Source: Botryllus schlosseri (lineage: Eukaryota). Taken from it: a stretch of 64,000 nucleotides of DNA. Positions 1 to 13,330 of this stretch are shown in pieces. The number at the start of each line of letters is the position of its first letter. Within the stretch, counting starts at the first letter, position 1. The translations under genes and the position numbers were made by a program. A model generated the notes under the pieces. That model ran no database searches. It saw only the letters and a list, made by a program, of their open reading frames with translations, and was not told the DNA's origin. Location: assembly GCA_051294905.1 (NCBI GenBank), contig CM119374.1:23250001-23314000 (forward strand), written 5' to 3'.

Positions 1-480
1 CGGGGGTCGAGACAAATTGATTATCCTTTTTTTAGTCAACACCGCAAAACTAACGTAAAAAAGCGCGTAGGTCGGGACTCGTGTCAGAGTGGTGACCTTT
101 TTTGAATCAACGCGGTACTTTGGCCGAAAAATTTCAAAATCACCACTTTTCTTTCCCGGTACTACAGCTTTCAGAATTTTTGAAAGTGTCGTCTTTTTCG
201 GATCTTAAAATCTCGTAACCCTACCTAAACAACAATCTGCTTGTATCGGTGGGTTATTGGCAATTTGGCAATTGACCTTGAGTTTGCGCAGTAGAATATT
301 TCATCTCAGACCGCCGTTCTGTTTACGTGAGTCTTGAAGTTTTTGCTGTTGTGAAGACAAACATTCTCGTTGTTTATCTAATTTAAATAAATACAAATTA
401 GTTTGTCAACCATTTTGCAAATTTGCCGGTTTCGCGGACCACCTGAAAATGCTTCGTGGACCCCCGGTTGAGAACCACTG
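1..480. mobile_element. Right end of a Buster/Charlie-type hAT MITE (left end outside the window)
   Basis: Ends in ...GGTTGAGAACCACTG at 480, the reverse complement of the CAGTGGTTCTCAA TIR seen at 39091 and 57842. It is followed by TACTAGAT, with TA at positions 4-5 as in Buster-type targets. The left boundary is not visible. Confidence 0.6.
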
Positions 481-915
481 TACTAGATACTGACTCTCAT
501 TAGATTCACCGGCAGATGTAGCATATCTGACGAAGAGATCTATTGTTATATACCGTGGTTAACAAAATGAATATCTGATTGGAGAGTCACTATACGAGAG
601 AGGCGACATGTATATAGGCCGAAATATGCATTAAGTCATGCGATCACGAGAGTGATCTCCCCACCAATCTCTAATTTAGAAACGGCTTCGCTCCGTGCTG
701 GCAGAAAATTTGCGGTTGTATATGCCTACCTGTTGAACAGTCGGAACTTAGTATCTATCTTATCCGGCTTGTATGGCAACTCCTTTATTCCGCAATAAGA
801 ATCAGCAGTATTGAAGCAAAGTCCGTCATCGTAACACACGGTCGTGTAGGAACCTTCAAAAGACGCGCGATACAAAATACATTGTTCCACTGTTCAATGC
901 GATTTATGATAGCTA

Positions 916-1746
916 TAGGGCGATTTTTTTTGACAAGTCAAAATAAGTCAAAATTTTGTTAAAATTGTAGCGTTAAGTCAAAAATTTGTCAAAATAGTCT
1001 ACAAAGTCAGACTTTTTTTGCAACCTGCATTTCGTTTGTATCGTAGATGTTTGCACTGTCGGTGAACTTATCATTTGACATTTTACAGCTTGTAGCCTGC
1101 TCGTAAAAGGCCCATTGTCTGCTCATTGTGAATCATAAACGGTCAAATGAAACAAATTGGTTGACATGGTGTTATGCTCAACGTACCGCAACATCTTAAC
1201 TGAAGCAAGACTGCGTGGGCATTGGTTCTTTTATCAAGAAGCGCATGATGAAAAATTGTGATGTAGACAACATTGTCAGAATGAAGCAACACGGTGTGTC
1301 ACCGGCAGTGTTAACATAACTTCAGTGTTGTCAGCCAGCAACTGTTGCTGTTGAACGTTCTTTCGCCATTTTTGGCAAGCTACTTAGTAAGGACAGACAC
1401 TTTCTACCCGAGAATGTAGTAAAGTATCTTTCGTTGTACTACAACAAATTTTAATTATTTCTGCCATAATGCGTGATGTAACTACTGGAATTCTTTATAG
1501 GTTCAGATTTCGTTAAAATAAAGTTATTTCATGTAGAAATTTGTCAGTTTTAAGTCAAAATAGTATTTTCAGGCCAAACTACTTCGTAAAGACAGACAGT
1601 CCAACTAGAAACGAAGATAAGTAGTACAATTCTAACATTATGTTCGAAAACGCCTTATTTGCATACATGAGAGCAAAATTTTGTAAAATTTTGATTTTTT
1701 TTTTAGGTCAAAATCTTCCGTCTTTTGGTCAAAAAAGATCGCTATA
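916..1746 (+). mobile_element. Degenerate non-autonomous hAT element carrying a transposase C-terminal (dimerisation-domain-like) remnant
   Basis: Left TIR is TAGGGCGATTTTTTTTGAC and the imperfect right TIR is GTCAAAAAAGATCGCTATA, with subterminal AAGTCAAAA repeats. Bases 1203-1454 translate as KQDCVGIGSFIKKR...VLT*LQCCQPATVAVERSFAIFGKLLSKDRHFLPENVVKYLSLYYNKF*. This contains the VERSFS-like hAT motif and an in-frame stop. Confidence 0.7.
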
Positions 1747-2304
1747 ATTATAGCTAATAATGATAATGGGATAAAAGAGGCGATGTGCAAAATATCAATG
1801 ATATGTATGTTAGCCAATAACACTAATGATATAAAGGTGCGGTGATGTGATAGATACTGATGTAGTGAACCAAGTGATGCTGAAAACGGTGACAATCTAA
1901 TATTATAATATAGCATGGCCTTATACCTGCATTGATCCTTTTCATGCACAGCATGAACACAAGAAACGCTGTTAGCATGGCGATGGTAGCAGACGTGTCT
2001 TACCGGGTTGCCTATAGTTATAATACCTCGGTATACAGCATAAGAATCTGGAGACGATAAGGTTACTTTGAAAGAAAATGATCTTGGTATGGCGGGTACA
2101 TACGACTCTTCGTATTCAATTATGAAATGATGCGCCATAATGTCAATTTATCATATAAAGCAGTGATCGATAACTATTTTGGCTTAGGGGCCTGGATAAA
2201 AACTTGAAAAGTAGGTGGGCTGGATGTGCAGGTCAGTATGGAAAATTTTCAATCCTGACGTCACGCCAATGGTTAGGCTTCTTTGCGTGTTTCTGTGTTA
2301 GTTC

Positions 2305-3606
2305 CAGAGGTGGTCACTTGGTCAGTAACGAAGTACTTCTACATTTTCGAAGTACTCAAGTAGTTTTCCTCTACTTCTGGTACTTACTCAAATAGATATT
2401 TTTTTCGCTCTTCGACTTGTACTTCGTAATATTTTGTGAACTACTTACTTGGTTTTCGATATTTTCAGTTTGTCAAGTAGAAGTAGTTTAATCCCCCAAT
2501 AAGCATGATAGCCTAAGGAATTGCGGGGCTGTTTTCGCGTAGTACCAACATTTAATTTTCATAAAAGTCATGTAATACCCAGGATTTTCGGTGCGCTTGG
2601 CGCACAGTAGATGGGGTGACAAATATGTTTTAACGAAAGTATCGCTGAATTGAGTTTAGATACTGGGTTGCGTGGTTCCGTTCACACCGCATTGTCGCCA
2701 ATATCAAATATTTCATCACAGTAAGTATGGCCCTCCATAACGTTTGAAACTACCGTTTCGCAATCTAGCAATTACCTATCATACCTAGCAACCCATGACG
2801 TGTCTTAAACTGGAAAAGTGGACTTTGACTTTTTTTAACGTTAGACCTGTTTTAGCAAACCACCGTTGAAACTTTTTGGACAAAAGACATTAAATATATT
2901 TCCTCTTTTTCGAGGTAGTATTTGTATTTTTCTTTCAATTACGAGTATTATTCGTTGAGTTCTAATTATAGTTTCAGTTCTTTTGTCCGGAAAACATACA
3001 TGTTGAAGTATAAAGCATGTGTAGTAATGCCTTATATTTTCCGAAAATAAAGCTATACACTAACTACATAACATTTTTACGATCTACCATATTTTTAATT
3101 AACGTATACTAATCGCGCAAAGTGTTTACACCGTATCCGACACAACTTCTCCGTAATTCTCTTCGACTGAACTAGGGGCCTTATAATATGGGGGAGGGCG
3201 CCATGCCATGATATTCTCTAAAACGGGGTGTTCAAGTGAACAAACGATTAGTATCGCATTTCCATATCAATACGATCATTTACATCCCATGATGTGGACC
3301 ACTGCTTAATGCATATTCTGTCAAAATTGACACCTCCTGGGATGCATCAATATGATTCAAGCTCTCTACGCCTTCCGCATAGCTCAATTTGCTGCTTTTG
3401 ACAGTTCATGCGAACGAATTACGATCGTTTTCACAACTAACTACTTACTTACTTGAGTAGATTTAAAGTCAGTCAATTCTACTTCTACTTCAAGTAGTTT
3501 TGAGTTGCTTATGAAATAATTGCTTCTACTCGTACTTGATTAGATTTTTTCGTCGCTACTTCTACTTCCACTGGAGCAGCTTTCTTGACTACTTTGACCA
3601 CCTCTG
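2305..3606 (+). mobile_element. hAT-type MITE, CAGAGGTGGTCA-TIR family, copy 1 (1302 bp)
   Basis: TIRs CAGAGGTGGTCA...TGACCACCTCTG with a perfect 8-bp TSD GTTAGTTC (2297-2304 and 3607-3614). Subterminal TACTTCTACTT repeats. Homologous copy at 26112-27825. Confidence 0.92.
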
Positions 3607-4104
3607 GTTAGTTCGTCATTTAGGACAGGCTAAACAGAAATTTTGATTATTTGATTTTCATATTATGATTATACGAAGTGCAAAGCATTCAACGAGATGG
3701 TTGGTGCTTCTTGGATTCGTTGGTACGATTCAAGAGGACAATAGAAATCTAAAAAAACGTCATTCAAAAGTGGGTCAGTTATTAGGGTTCAAGTGTATCC
3801 TTAGCCAAGCTGTTGCTGCTGTTGCTTCTTATGCACCGTGTTCCGACATCCGATGTAATTTCTCGCCAGGCCAACATTGACATTTATCATTATCCCTAAG
3901 CTGCTGACGTATATGGCTGGTACTAAGCTAGCGATTAGAACTCTAGAATCGACCGTGTCCGTTCTCGATCTTGCAACTCAGTGGTGTTGATGCAGTGCAG
4001 CATACACAACACGTAGCTTGGCGACTCTGATTTCATTACATGATTGCTTTGGTATCCCACTGTACTGCACAAATGTAGCAAAACACCTGGCGGTTCGTAT
4101 AGGA

Positions 4105-4450
4105 TATGGTTACCATATGTCGTCCTTTAGGAGGATTTGTCCTCCTTTTTCAGGAAATTGAAAATGTCCTCCGAGGACACCTAAATGTCCTCATTTTTGG
4201 TAATTCGTCCTCCTCTCTAGCATTTTCAGCTAGCCCAACTGAAAAACGGCATTAATGACGCGAGATTGGGAATGCGGGCCTTCGAGCGGGTCATTCGAGA
4301 GTCGAATCAGAGTGATTACCTTTCTTTAAGGCAACACAACAAGATTTCCAGTAAATATGTCAAAATCAGCTGTTTTCAATTTCTGTGAACTAACTTTTAT
4401 GATTTTTGAAAAGAGACCTCCTTTCCGGATTACAAAATATGGTAACCCGT
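4105..4450. mobile_element. Degenerate MITE, (TAG)GGTTACCATATG-TIR family
   Basis: Termini TATGGTTACCATATGT...AATATGGTAACCCG with TGTCCTC subterminal repeats. Related fragments lie at about 16310-16385 and 62766-62880. No TSD was recovered. Confidence 0.6.
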
Positions 4451-5708
4451 GGCCGGAGGTAGCCCACCCACGCTATACAGCTACAGTGTTAGACACACTT
4501 TCTCATACTGCCTTATCCACTACAAATAACAGGACCAGAATTCACGTCGCTATATATTCCTACGATTGAATTAATCTATCCACTTAATTGATGAGTTTGA
4601 AAGAACTGAAAGCATGTAAAAGCTCACTAATACATTAAAAGGGAGTATAGATCAGTACGTTCGCAGGTCCTCATCATCGCAAAATCTCCAGATTGTGTTG
4701 TACACAAATGACCTTTCTAATATGAGTCGTGGATGCATTGCAGTTGTACAGTCGCATTATTGAAATGTGGAATGAGCTATAATCCAAGTGTAATTTGACT
4801 TTGGAAGACAAAGGGGGCATACGATTTGCAGGTGATTAGCGAGAATCGGATTTAATGAACAGAATATTTACCCTGTGGGCGATTCATTTCGAACGCGCCA
4901 GATCTTCTGGCTATGGCCTGAAATGAAAGCAGTCTGAGAGTGGTAATTCTGGGATGATTTGGATGTGACCTAGGTCGTGCCGCGCGAACTGTAAATCGAG
5001 GTAACTTGGGTTGCAATCATTATAATGATAATGTCAAAGACATTTGATATTCGTCACATCTCCCTGAGTACATCCCCGTACGAAGATGTACCTATCTATA
5101 CGTTTACTCCGATTTAACAAATATTACATTCTTAACCCGCATATCGAAATTAGCCTGAATCCGGATTAACCATCTTGCTATTTCAGCATTTCCATACTTC
5201 CGGCTCGAGAGGATTGGATTTGTGGATTGCCCGCATAACGTGTGATTTCTCGAGCCAAATTCTCAAACATCAATACCGCTGCCTTAACCTAACACAAACT
5301 AGCCGTAACTCACTATAAGCTCGATATTTCGAACAGCTCGCTCTTCTGAATGCCCCGCTATCATGACACTCGCCGTTTTGTTACTCGCAATTTACCTAGG
5401 ATGTCCATTGTCCAAATAAAAGTCGCACATCATGGTGTAATTCAACTTTGTTTAAGTAACTTCATTCTCCACAGTCGTCCTCATCAACAGACGAAGGAAA
5501 GCGTTTAAAAAAGAAGTGGCGAACGCAGAACCAAAATTGCAACACATTTTCACATGAGTGAAGACGCAAATGTCGTCATTGTATGACATGAACGGCATAC
5601 GAGACAATCACGACATTTGCATTCTATTAGCTGCATAAGTTGAACCTTTCGCGTGTACGTTTTAACTGATGCTGTCAGTTCGGTTCGTTTGCTGCATAAG
5701 TTTCAGCT

Positions 5709-8700
5709 TCATATGTAATTTGGATACGGATAACCGAAATAATCATATTCCGCTTTGTAGTATTGGAAGATCTTTTCCCGTTGCTCTTGCGTTAACTGCT
5801 TGTAGTAATCGTGATACTTTGTTTTCCATTTATTGTTCAACGTACCAGATTTATCTGTAAAATTAGCCGGAGTACATACAAATAGAATCACATAAAAAGG
5901 CGTCATCGACTTAAAAGGAGTGGCCAGCTACAAATTTGGCGATTGATGGGCGTTATGGACCACGGGAACCGATTGGAAATACTCTAAATATACAGCTCTA
6001 TGAGCACGAGAACTAAATCAGATAAGAAACCTATGTGGTCAAGTCGTTTGCGGTTTGTTTTGTGGTATTCACTATTCATGGTGTTTGTCAACCACTATGG
6101 TCATTTAAACCAGGCCGATATTCTTCATTTTTTCCGTAACTGCCGCCTTATAGCACGGCCCATTTCTAGGCTTTTTGTACGACACCGCTTACGCGGATGA
6201 GGTGGCGAGGAGGAGCCTAGATAAACCAAGTCGCTCGCGGTAGTAAAGGCGCATCAATTAGAAGTCGGAAATAATCATCACCACCTCTCTCCTAGTTTTC
6301 CTTTTCCTAACCAATCAAACCGGTCAATCAATGAACACTGTACGTGTATTATGAAACGATAGGTTTATTTTTAGACTGAGCGCCAATGCCAAATTTGGAA
6401 ATTTTATGTTGATTGGTTCCGAAATTTTGCGCTTGACATCTTACTACTATAATCCAGAGCTACAACGCCAATGGGTTGTGGGTTCGAGTCCGACCGAAGT
6501 CGACTCCAGAATTACTGCCAAAGTGTTGGAGGTTTATCTTGGCTCCTCCAAGCCATCTGATCCGCGTAAGCGGTGTCTTACAAAAGCCTAGAAGTGGACC
6601 GTGCTACAATTCGGCAATTACGGAATCAAAAATAAGGAATATCAGCCTGGTGTAAATGACCACTGTAGTCGACAAACACCATGTATAGCACAAACAACAA
6701 CAACTAATATATTGACCCTTTCGGCCTTCTTCAACTGTCAATATGGAAATTCGTTTTTAGCTCATTAGACGGGCAACAGTCGTGCACTCAAAGAAGCATT
6801 CGAGATTGTTTAAAATGAAATTACAGTAAGCACATTGGTGTCTTACAGCCTAGATTTGACCCATGTATCGAAGTCTCTAATCAAATGAAAATATATCGCG
6901 ATATCGTTTGAGCTGGACAGTGAACAGCAACCAAATGTATGTTATAGCCTACTGCTGTATATGCATATTGGCACCTCTGTCTGCCATGGAAGGTTACTTG
7001 TGGATGCAGATACCAACTCACCAAGAATGTAGGTAATAGAGATTACAAATGTAGGCTGAAGCTTAAGTAGGCTATATATAAGAGATAGAGGCGCTTGGTC
7101 GGGTGTTACGAAATCCGTCCTGGTTTTTATATTATACTTACTAGCAAACATATCGTTTTTCTGGAAGTGAAGCTTGTCGGTGATGTACGAAACGTCGTGC
7201 TGAATCGTTTCCAATTTGGCGATCATGTCGAAGTTGTAAGAGCAAGGATCGCATAGGTATGAGTACGGCTTAAAGTGCGGATTCAAGTTCGTGGGATCAC
7301 TCTCGTCGAGGATGAAATCGACAAACTCCCCAAACGATGCGTATCCCCTGGTCTTATTGCCTGGAAATGTAAGGTTTTAAATGTTAATTGCATTTCGATT
7401 TGATCACCATTCGGTAACAATCAATGTCTACTAGCAGTGCTAGGTAGTCTACTTGGTTATGGTAAGTTTGCAGGTCACTTGTACTTGCGATACAGTTTCC
7501 AAAAGGAGTTGCTGATGAGCCTACTTCCCTTCTCGAGCCTACAACATAATTTTGTATAGATACGCATCTTTGTGACAGGGGAGACATGTCAGATGAAGGT
7601 AAGTACCGTATTTCACATGCATAATCCGTGACATCTGTTGGAAGTATGCCCCTTTTCCCGAAACTTTCCAGACCTTATCGTTGTAGGCAGACACGAGCCT
7701 TTCCAGCGGTTCTCTGACCGTTACAATTCTGGTGTATTCATTTACTGCTCGCTCTGCTTCTCGCAATCCTTGTTCGGTGGAGATATTGTAGAAGTTCCAA
7801 AGACTCCTGATGAGATTAGGCATCGATAAATAACGCTGAATCGGCATATCCTCGAGCACGAATAGGTTTTCCTTTGAGCAGACTATACAGACCCAAAACG
7901 GTAATGAAAATGGTGCGATCATTTTGCATGCCTTATATCAATGAACTCTCTGTGGGTGAAATTCAATGTATTATACAACACCGATGCGACTAACAACGTT
8001 ATGGTTGTTGTTTAGTATTAATGGCGTTTCGGCATCAATGATCATTGGCCAATGGCCATTGGCCGTACACCAGATCGAGTTCAAAAAGGTGCCACTAATA
8101 TAACGCAAAACGCTGCACACCAAATTTGGCTCAATTCTAACACGTATAAGCCGCAGCACAGCCAATTAAAATTTTTATTTATCAGGAAAAATTGAAAAAA
8201 AAATCAAATTTATCTGTCAACCCCAAGAAATTGTTAAGTCGTCTTCAAAACCGATGCAAAACAAATTTGACTCAATTCTACTAAATTCTACTAGTTGGAA
8301 TTGAGTCAAATTGACCGCAAGTTTACTGGTAGGTGTCAATGCTGCCGACATCGATGACAAATAAGCTAGCATCAAATTGAATGCTTACACTTTTGGCCAT
8401 AGTTCCATGTATTCTCCGACTCCGATTTTACCACGACCGTATTCCATCTGTACCAAAAGTTTTCTCCACTGTGTTGATCCACACTTTGGATTGTTGCAGA
8501 TCAATATCTGCAGGAAAGTCATTTTGCATAAGTGCCGAGTCATGGATGATGATGTTTCGTTAGCAATTACGAATATTTCATCTTGGCTGCTATTTTTGAC
8601 AGTATTTGACGAAACCAGAGTTTTTCAATCCATGGACAATGGCCCGCTATACTGTGTCTCAGAGTGGGACAACTAGAGATTCAGGTTTTCCAAATTAGAT

Positions 8701-11700
8701 TAGAATTAGAGTTATAGCTACATATTTTTTTAATTGCATTAGAATTAGAATTACTATAAAAAAAATGGAGACTCACGTAAACAGAATGGCCGCCTGAGAT
8801 GAAATATTCTACTGCTTGTGCCAATAGCCTACTGATATAAACATATTGCTGTCTAGGGGTGTTTTGTTGGGGTTTTGGAATAAATTTGTTAGCAAAAATC
8901 AACTTTCTCCTGTGATATATATAACCGCTATTCCAGAATTACTTCTACATGAGCCGCTGGATAGAAATGACTAGGCTGGACGTTATGTAGGTGCCATATC
9001 TGTTGCGATCATACCCAAATGCGTCGTCGGAATTCGGAATCGTTACGCGATATTGTTACATTCGCCACCACATATCTTTGTTGAAATTAACGGAATTTCG
9101 GCACTCGTTCATGTCAAATCGACGGTGCGGATTTTCAAGACACGACCGTGTATTTCAAAAACTGCAGCTACAGAATTCGCTTTGAAATAATAAAAATCTT
9201 CCCAATCTCTAGATAAATAGGTAGATGTTTTTCTTCTTCAAGAAATCTCATATTTTGTTGCTATTTATCAATAGCCCACACTTAATTTTGCACAATACAG
9301 CTAGATACGATGGCTGCACGACCTACATTTGAACTAAAACTTAGGGGGTCCGCGATCCAAAGTGGATCCGCGAATACAAAAATGTTTGAGAACCATTGGT
9401 ATAACGACACGGTTCATTCGAATAAACATGACAACGGTAAATGCTTGTACAGCAGGGCTGCTCAGAAAAATGCTCCGAATCTAGCTTGCTAGGCGATGAA
9501 ATCGTCAGGTTGGCTGAAATGCGATGCGCACCAAATTTGAATACCTTCTAACTGGTAATCGCGAAGCCCGTACAGTTTTTAAATATTGAATTCATTATAT
9601 AATACTTTTTTAAAAATATATTCAAATTTTACTGACTACCCCGTGAACTTGATACGTTGTCTACAAAAACGATGCAAAACAAATTTGACTCAATTCCAAC
9701 CGGTAGAAGCGAAGTTAAGAATTATGGATTTGACGGTGGGTAATCCCAGAATTATCAACGAAAAACTCAAATAACTTCGTTTCTTCTTCCACGATCATAG
9801 GAAGGTTGGATACCACTGGATAAAACTGGATTAAACACAGTGAAGCCCATGTAAAAACTGCTATTGTACCTTCATAGTAACTTGATACTCAGTGAACAAT
9901 TATGACAGCACATGCAGCAGACTCGAGCTCCTATGGTTGTCCTAGACTTAGAACTAAGGAGAGCGAGAATTGGCTCATCTAAATACACTCACCTTGTGCT
10001 TATTTGATACGAAGAATCGTGGTCTAAGTCTCGTAGAGGCGCCAACGAATCGTCTCAAACTTATCGCGTCCCCATTATATTGCTGTTTACGCAGTAAGCA
10101 TTCTCGTCTGACATAAGCAACTCTTTCACTCGGAGACTTCGGAAATGCAGTATCTTCTGTTATCTTCAGCGGCTGCGTCTCCAATTTGTCCGTAACCCAA
10201 TAAGGCTTGGAAAATACCTGGGGTATTGATTTATTCGATAACGGAATGTTATACGAATCACCTATAGTCAGGGGTGAGCGAGCGTCAGATGAGCTGAGCG
10301 TGGAATGGAATGAAGCGGAAATCAATCCCGCCGTGCGAGCAAAGCCACACACACAGCGCTGCGCAGGAAAAACCCCAGTGCGGTGCGGCATCTGCACCCC
10401 CGCCGCTGCCGGTCTCCCCACCCAACCGCCAGGCAGCACCTGCGGGAGCCAGCAGAGCCCGAACGGAAGCGATAAACCCGCCAATGCGTTTCTTATAAAC
10501 TCCGGTGAACTGACAAACACCGAAAAACGGTAAACAAAAAAAATCCTCATTTTATACTCGACAGAAATTTTATTTCATACTAAATTGTACTTTTGAGACC
10601 CAAAAGTACAATTTAAAGTGGCCTGCCTATAGTCCACATGAGGATGGACTTAGCGCTGGTTTTATAATTTTTAAACACGAGAGCCTTGAAAAGCCCAGAG
10701 GAAGAGAGAGCCGAACTCCAGAGGGATGGCAGCAAAAGACCAGAAAAAGGAAAAAAAGAAAAAAGGGAAATACCTTACGAAAATTACTGCGCGGGCGCAA
10801 ATTACCCAAGTGTTTATGAACGCCAATTGTGTCAATAAAACAAACAAACACAGGAGATGATCGGCACACACATGTTGGGAGAGGTGTCGAATGGTACAAG
10901 ATGGCAGGCATGCCGATGTCGCGTGTTGGTATTGCAGCACCTTTTAGTAACGCAGTTGAAAAAATATTTACTAGGAGTGAAAAATATCGACTATATAAGT
11001 GTGTTCATTTGTGCATTGGCGTAACCAGCACTGCGAAAAGCTCGAATGCCCGTTCTAAATTTTACACTAATGTATTATGACGTCATTTGTTTTCACTTCG
11101 TTACGATCACTGAACTATATAAACACTGGAGTGCGCTACTCGCGATATTTGCGTGATTACTAGAAGCAGTTGCATTGTGGGTAGTAAGCTGGACGATTTA
11201 GTACAGGACCTTATGGAAAAGCATCCAGTGTTCAAATATATTTGATTCATAATGGGTTTGTAGTATTTTATACGAATGGAGCTTTGAATGAATAATTATC
11301 GTAACATTCAGGATGTTTCAGCCCAATATCTCGTGTTTATATCGGCGTTATCTGTGTAGTTCGACATGTTGAAGATATCTCGTTCTGGTGATAGTGTTTG
11401 TTGTGCCTATGCCTTACAATAGACATTCTATTTGCATAACTGGGTTGACCAAAACATTGTGCGAATGTCTGATTCATTTGTAAGCCTGAATAGACATTGC
11501 TACCTAATCGAATCATTCCTTTGCCATCATGATGTCAATATTGATCATTATTTGTGCCTCGCCACTATATGGATAACATCTATGACTATCCTATATGCTT
11601 CAAAGGGTACGTAGGACACCGTATTTATTGCAGTTAAAGGTTGACATATAGATGTAGATCGGATTGGAAAATTACTAGTAATCACAAGAACGCACTGCAG

Positions 11701-11922
11701 GATAAATCCTATCTTGGTAATTTGAACCTGCAGTTGGGTTAAGGCTCTAATGATGACCGGATTGCCCGCATAAGGCACGTTCTTAGAGTAATATGTGTTG
11801 ATATAACCAATCAAATAGTAATGACTTACTGTTTCGTATGTCCGTGCCCAGTTTCGTTGCAGCACAATTAGCGCCGTGACAAATATTAATAGAGGGCCGG
11901 CATGTCTGTATGAGATCTCCAT
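5709..11922 (-). CDS. Carbohydrate sulfotransferase (Sulfotransfer_2 / CHST8-14-like), tandem paralog 1
   Basis: Exons (minus): 11922-11830 (MEISYRHAGPLLIFVTALIVLQ signal anchor, donor GTAAGT), about 10217-9993 (5' boundary uncertain; ends FFVSNKHK), 8507-8389 (ILICNNPKCGSTQWRK, 5'-PSB motif), 7806-7607 (VREPLERLVSAYNDK, 3'-PB motif), 7360-7142 (HFKPYSYLCDPC...AKLET), 5854-5709 (YDYFGYPYPNYI*). All introns are GT-AG and the phases are consistent. A specific ortholog cannot be assigned. Confidence 0.9.
6440..6704 (+). mobile_element. tRNA-derived SINE in intron 5 of CHST paralog 1 (antisense)
   Basis: B-box GGTTCGAGTCC at 6481-6491 and a (CAA)n tail at 6691-6704. The body (CTCCAGAATT...GATCCGCGTAAGCGGTGTCTTACAAA) is shared with a degenerate copy at about 25930-26090. 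Confidence 0.7.
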
Positions 11923-12915
11923 TCTGCGTGCAAGGTGAGTTACTTTCCGTCATACCCTCAGTAATGTGAATTGTACGTCACATCTAGAGGATTTAAACTG
12001 TGGGCTGTTAACGAGGTACGTTACATACACAGTTACACACATAGTTTTGTCTTATTGCAGCTGAACAGTTCAAGAAAAACTTAAATTTTCAGTATAAGCA
12101 TTGTAGCAGAGATTATTAGGTCAACTCTGCTGCAGCCTCTCACTCAGAATTCTTACAATATCCCTAGTTCACAAGTAACACCAATGCTCTATGCTGGCGA
12201 ACGTATGTCTGTACAATGCCCATTCTCCATCATACAAATCCTCAAGATTCAGACAAATATCACTTACGATCGATTATTCTGAGTGTTTGTGACAATCAAT
12301 TTACGACTGAAACTACTGCCTAAACTCGATTCAAACTCTACGTTACAAAACGCCGTGTTTTGGAAACAAGTCTGACAACCATATCGTTGCATAATCCCCC
12401 TGCAAATACTTGCTATCTCAGACTGGCTTGTAGCAATGTTTCTCTTGAAGACGACCACATTTCACGCCCATTAAAAGTGCTTTCGTAAGCATACTAAATG
12501 ATTAGATTGTAATTTACCAGGTAAAGAAATGCTAACCTCGTTGTGGCTTCATAGCATGCAGCCGATTGATTTTGACCGAGAACCATAAGCCTGAGGCAAC
12601 GGAATATAGTCTGGTTACTCGGGATCACTAACAATTTAGATATACTACCACGGCATATCTCAGAACTTGTAAACATTGGCGAGTTTATTTGCAGCGTCTT
12701 CGAGTCCCCGTAAACAGAACAAATGAATGCAATAAATAGGAATGGAAGGTTTCCTGCGACAGTTATCAGAATCAGGAAGTATCGACAATGATTTAGTTTA
12801 ACTAGGCTAAAAAATAATTATTTTGAAATAAACAGTCTGATAGCGGTTTATCTCTAGATCATGCGTCACCAGCGGGCGACAGGGACCAGCGGGCGTAAGG
12901 ACCAAATGAGTCGCC

Positions 12916-13330
12916 CTTGGTGGCAGTTGCAGATATTCAAATAAGAGCTCTGAAGGCCGAAGTGGAGAAGGCTAGGGTCTCATATGTGCATGTGCTGTGC
13001 ATTGTGCAGCAGTTGAACATTAACATGAACATGTGTCAGTCAACCCTAAATAACACGCTGAGGCAGTTTTCGATCGGGAGGCTTTGTTAGTCTCCGCCTC
13101 TCGGAATATGTGGCCTAGTTAATATTCCCGAACCACAACGCGCACATTGGCGCTTCAGAGCCCGGTAGCCGACGTCAACGCAACTGAACTCGGAGACCCT
13201 GGCGTGCATGAGTACCGGGAAGAGTTGTATTTACTTGGTAAGGACCGGAAATCCTGCCCAGTGCTATGAATGTAAAAGTGAAGAAATTCAACCAAGCGAG
13301 GATAAATGGCGGGAGCAGCGGGTAACTCTT
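12916..13330 (+). pseudogene. Rearranged, degraded 28S (LSU) rRNA fragment
   Basis: Recognisable LSU blocks are CTTGGTGGCAGTTGCAGATATTCAAATAAGAGCTCTGAAGGCCGAAGTGGAGAAGG, CAGCAGTTGAACAT, GAACTCGGAGAC...CCGGGAAGAGTT and CTGCCCAGTGCTATGAATGTAAAAGTGAAGAAATTCAACCAAGCG...GGCGGGAG. The last block normally lies several hundred nt further downstream, which implies an internal deletion. Small insertions are also present. Confidence 0.85.

Noticed and set aside
7384-7587. Extra CHST-1 exon
   Set aside because: Exon 4 (phase 1) joins exon 5 directly, as in paralog 2, and this peptide has no counterpart there.
12916-13330. Functional rRNA gene
   Set aside because: It is only about 415 bp, internally deleted, has insertions in conserved helices, and has no flanking rDNA.
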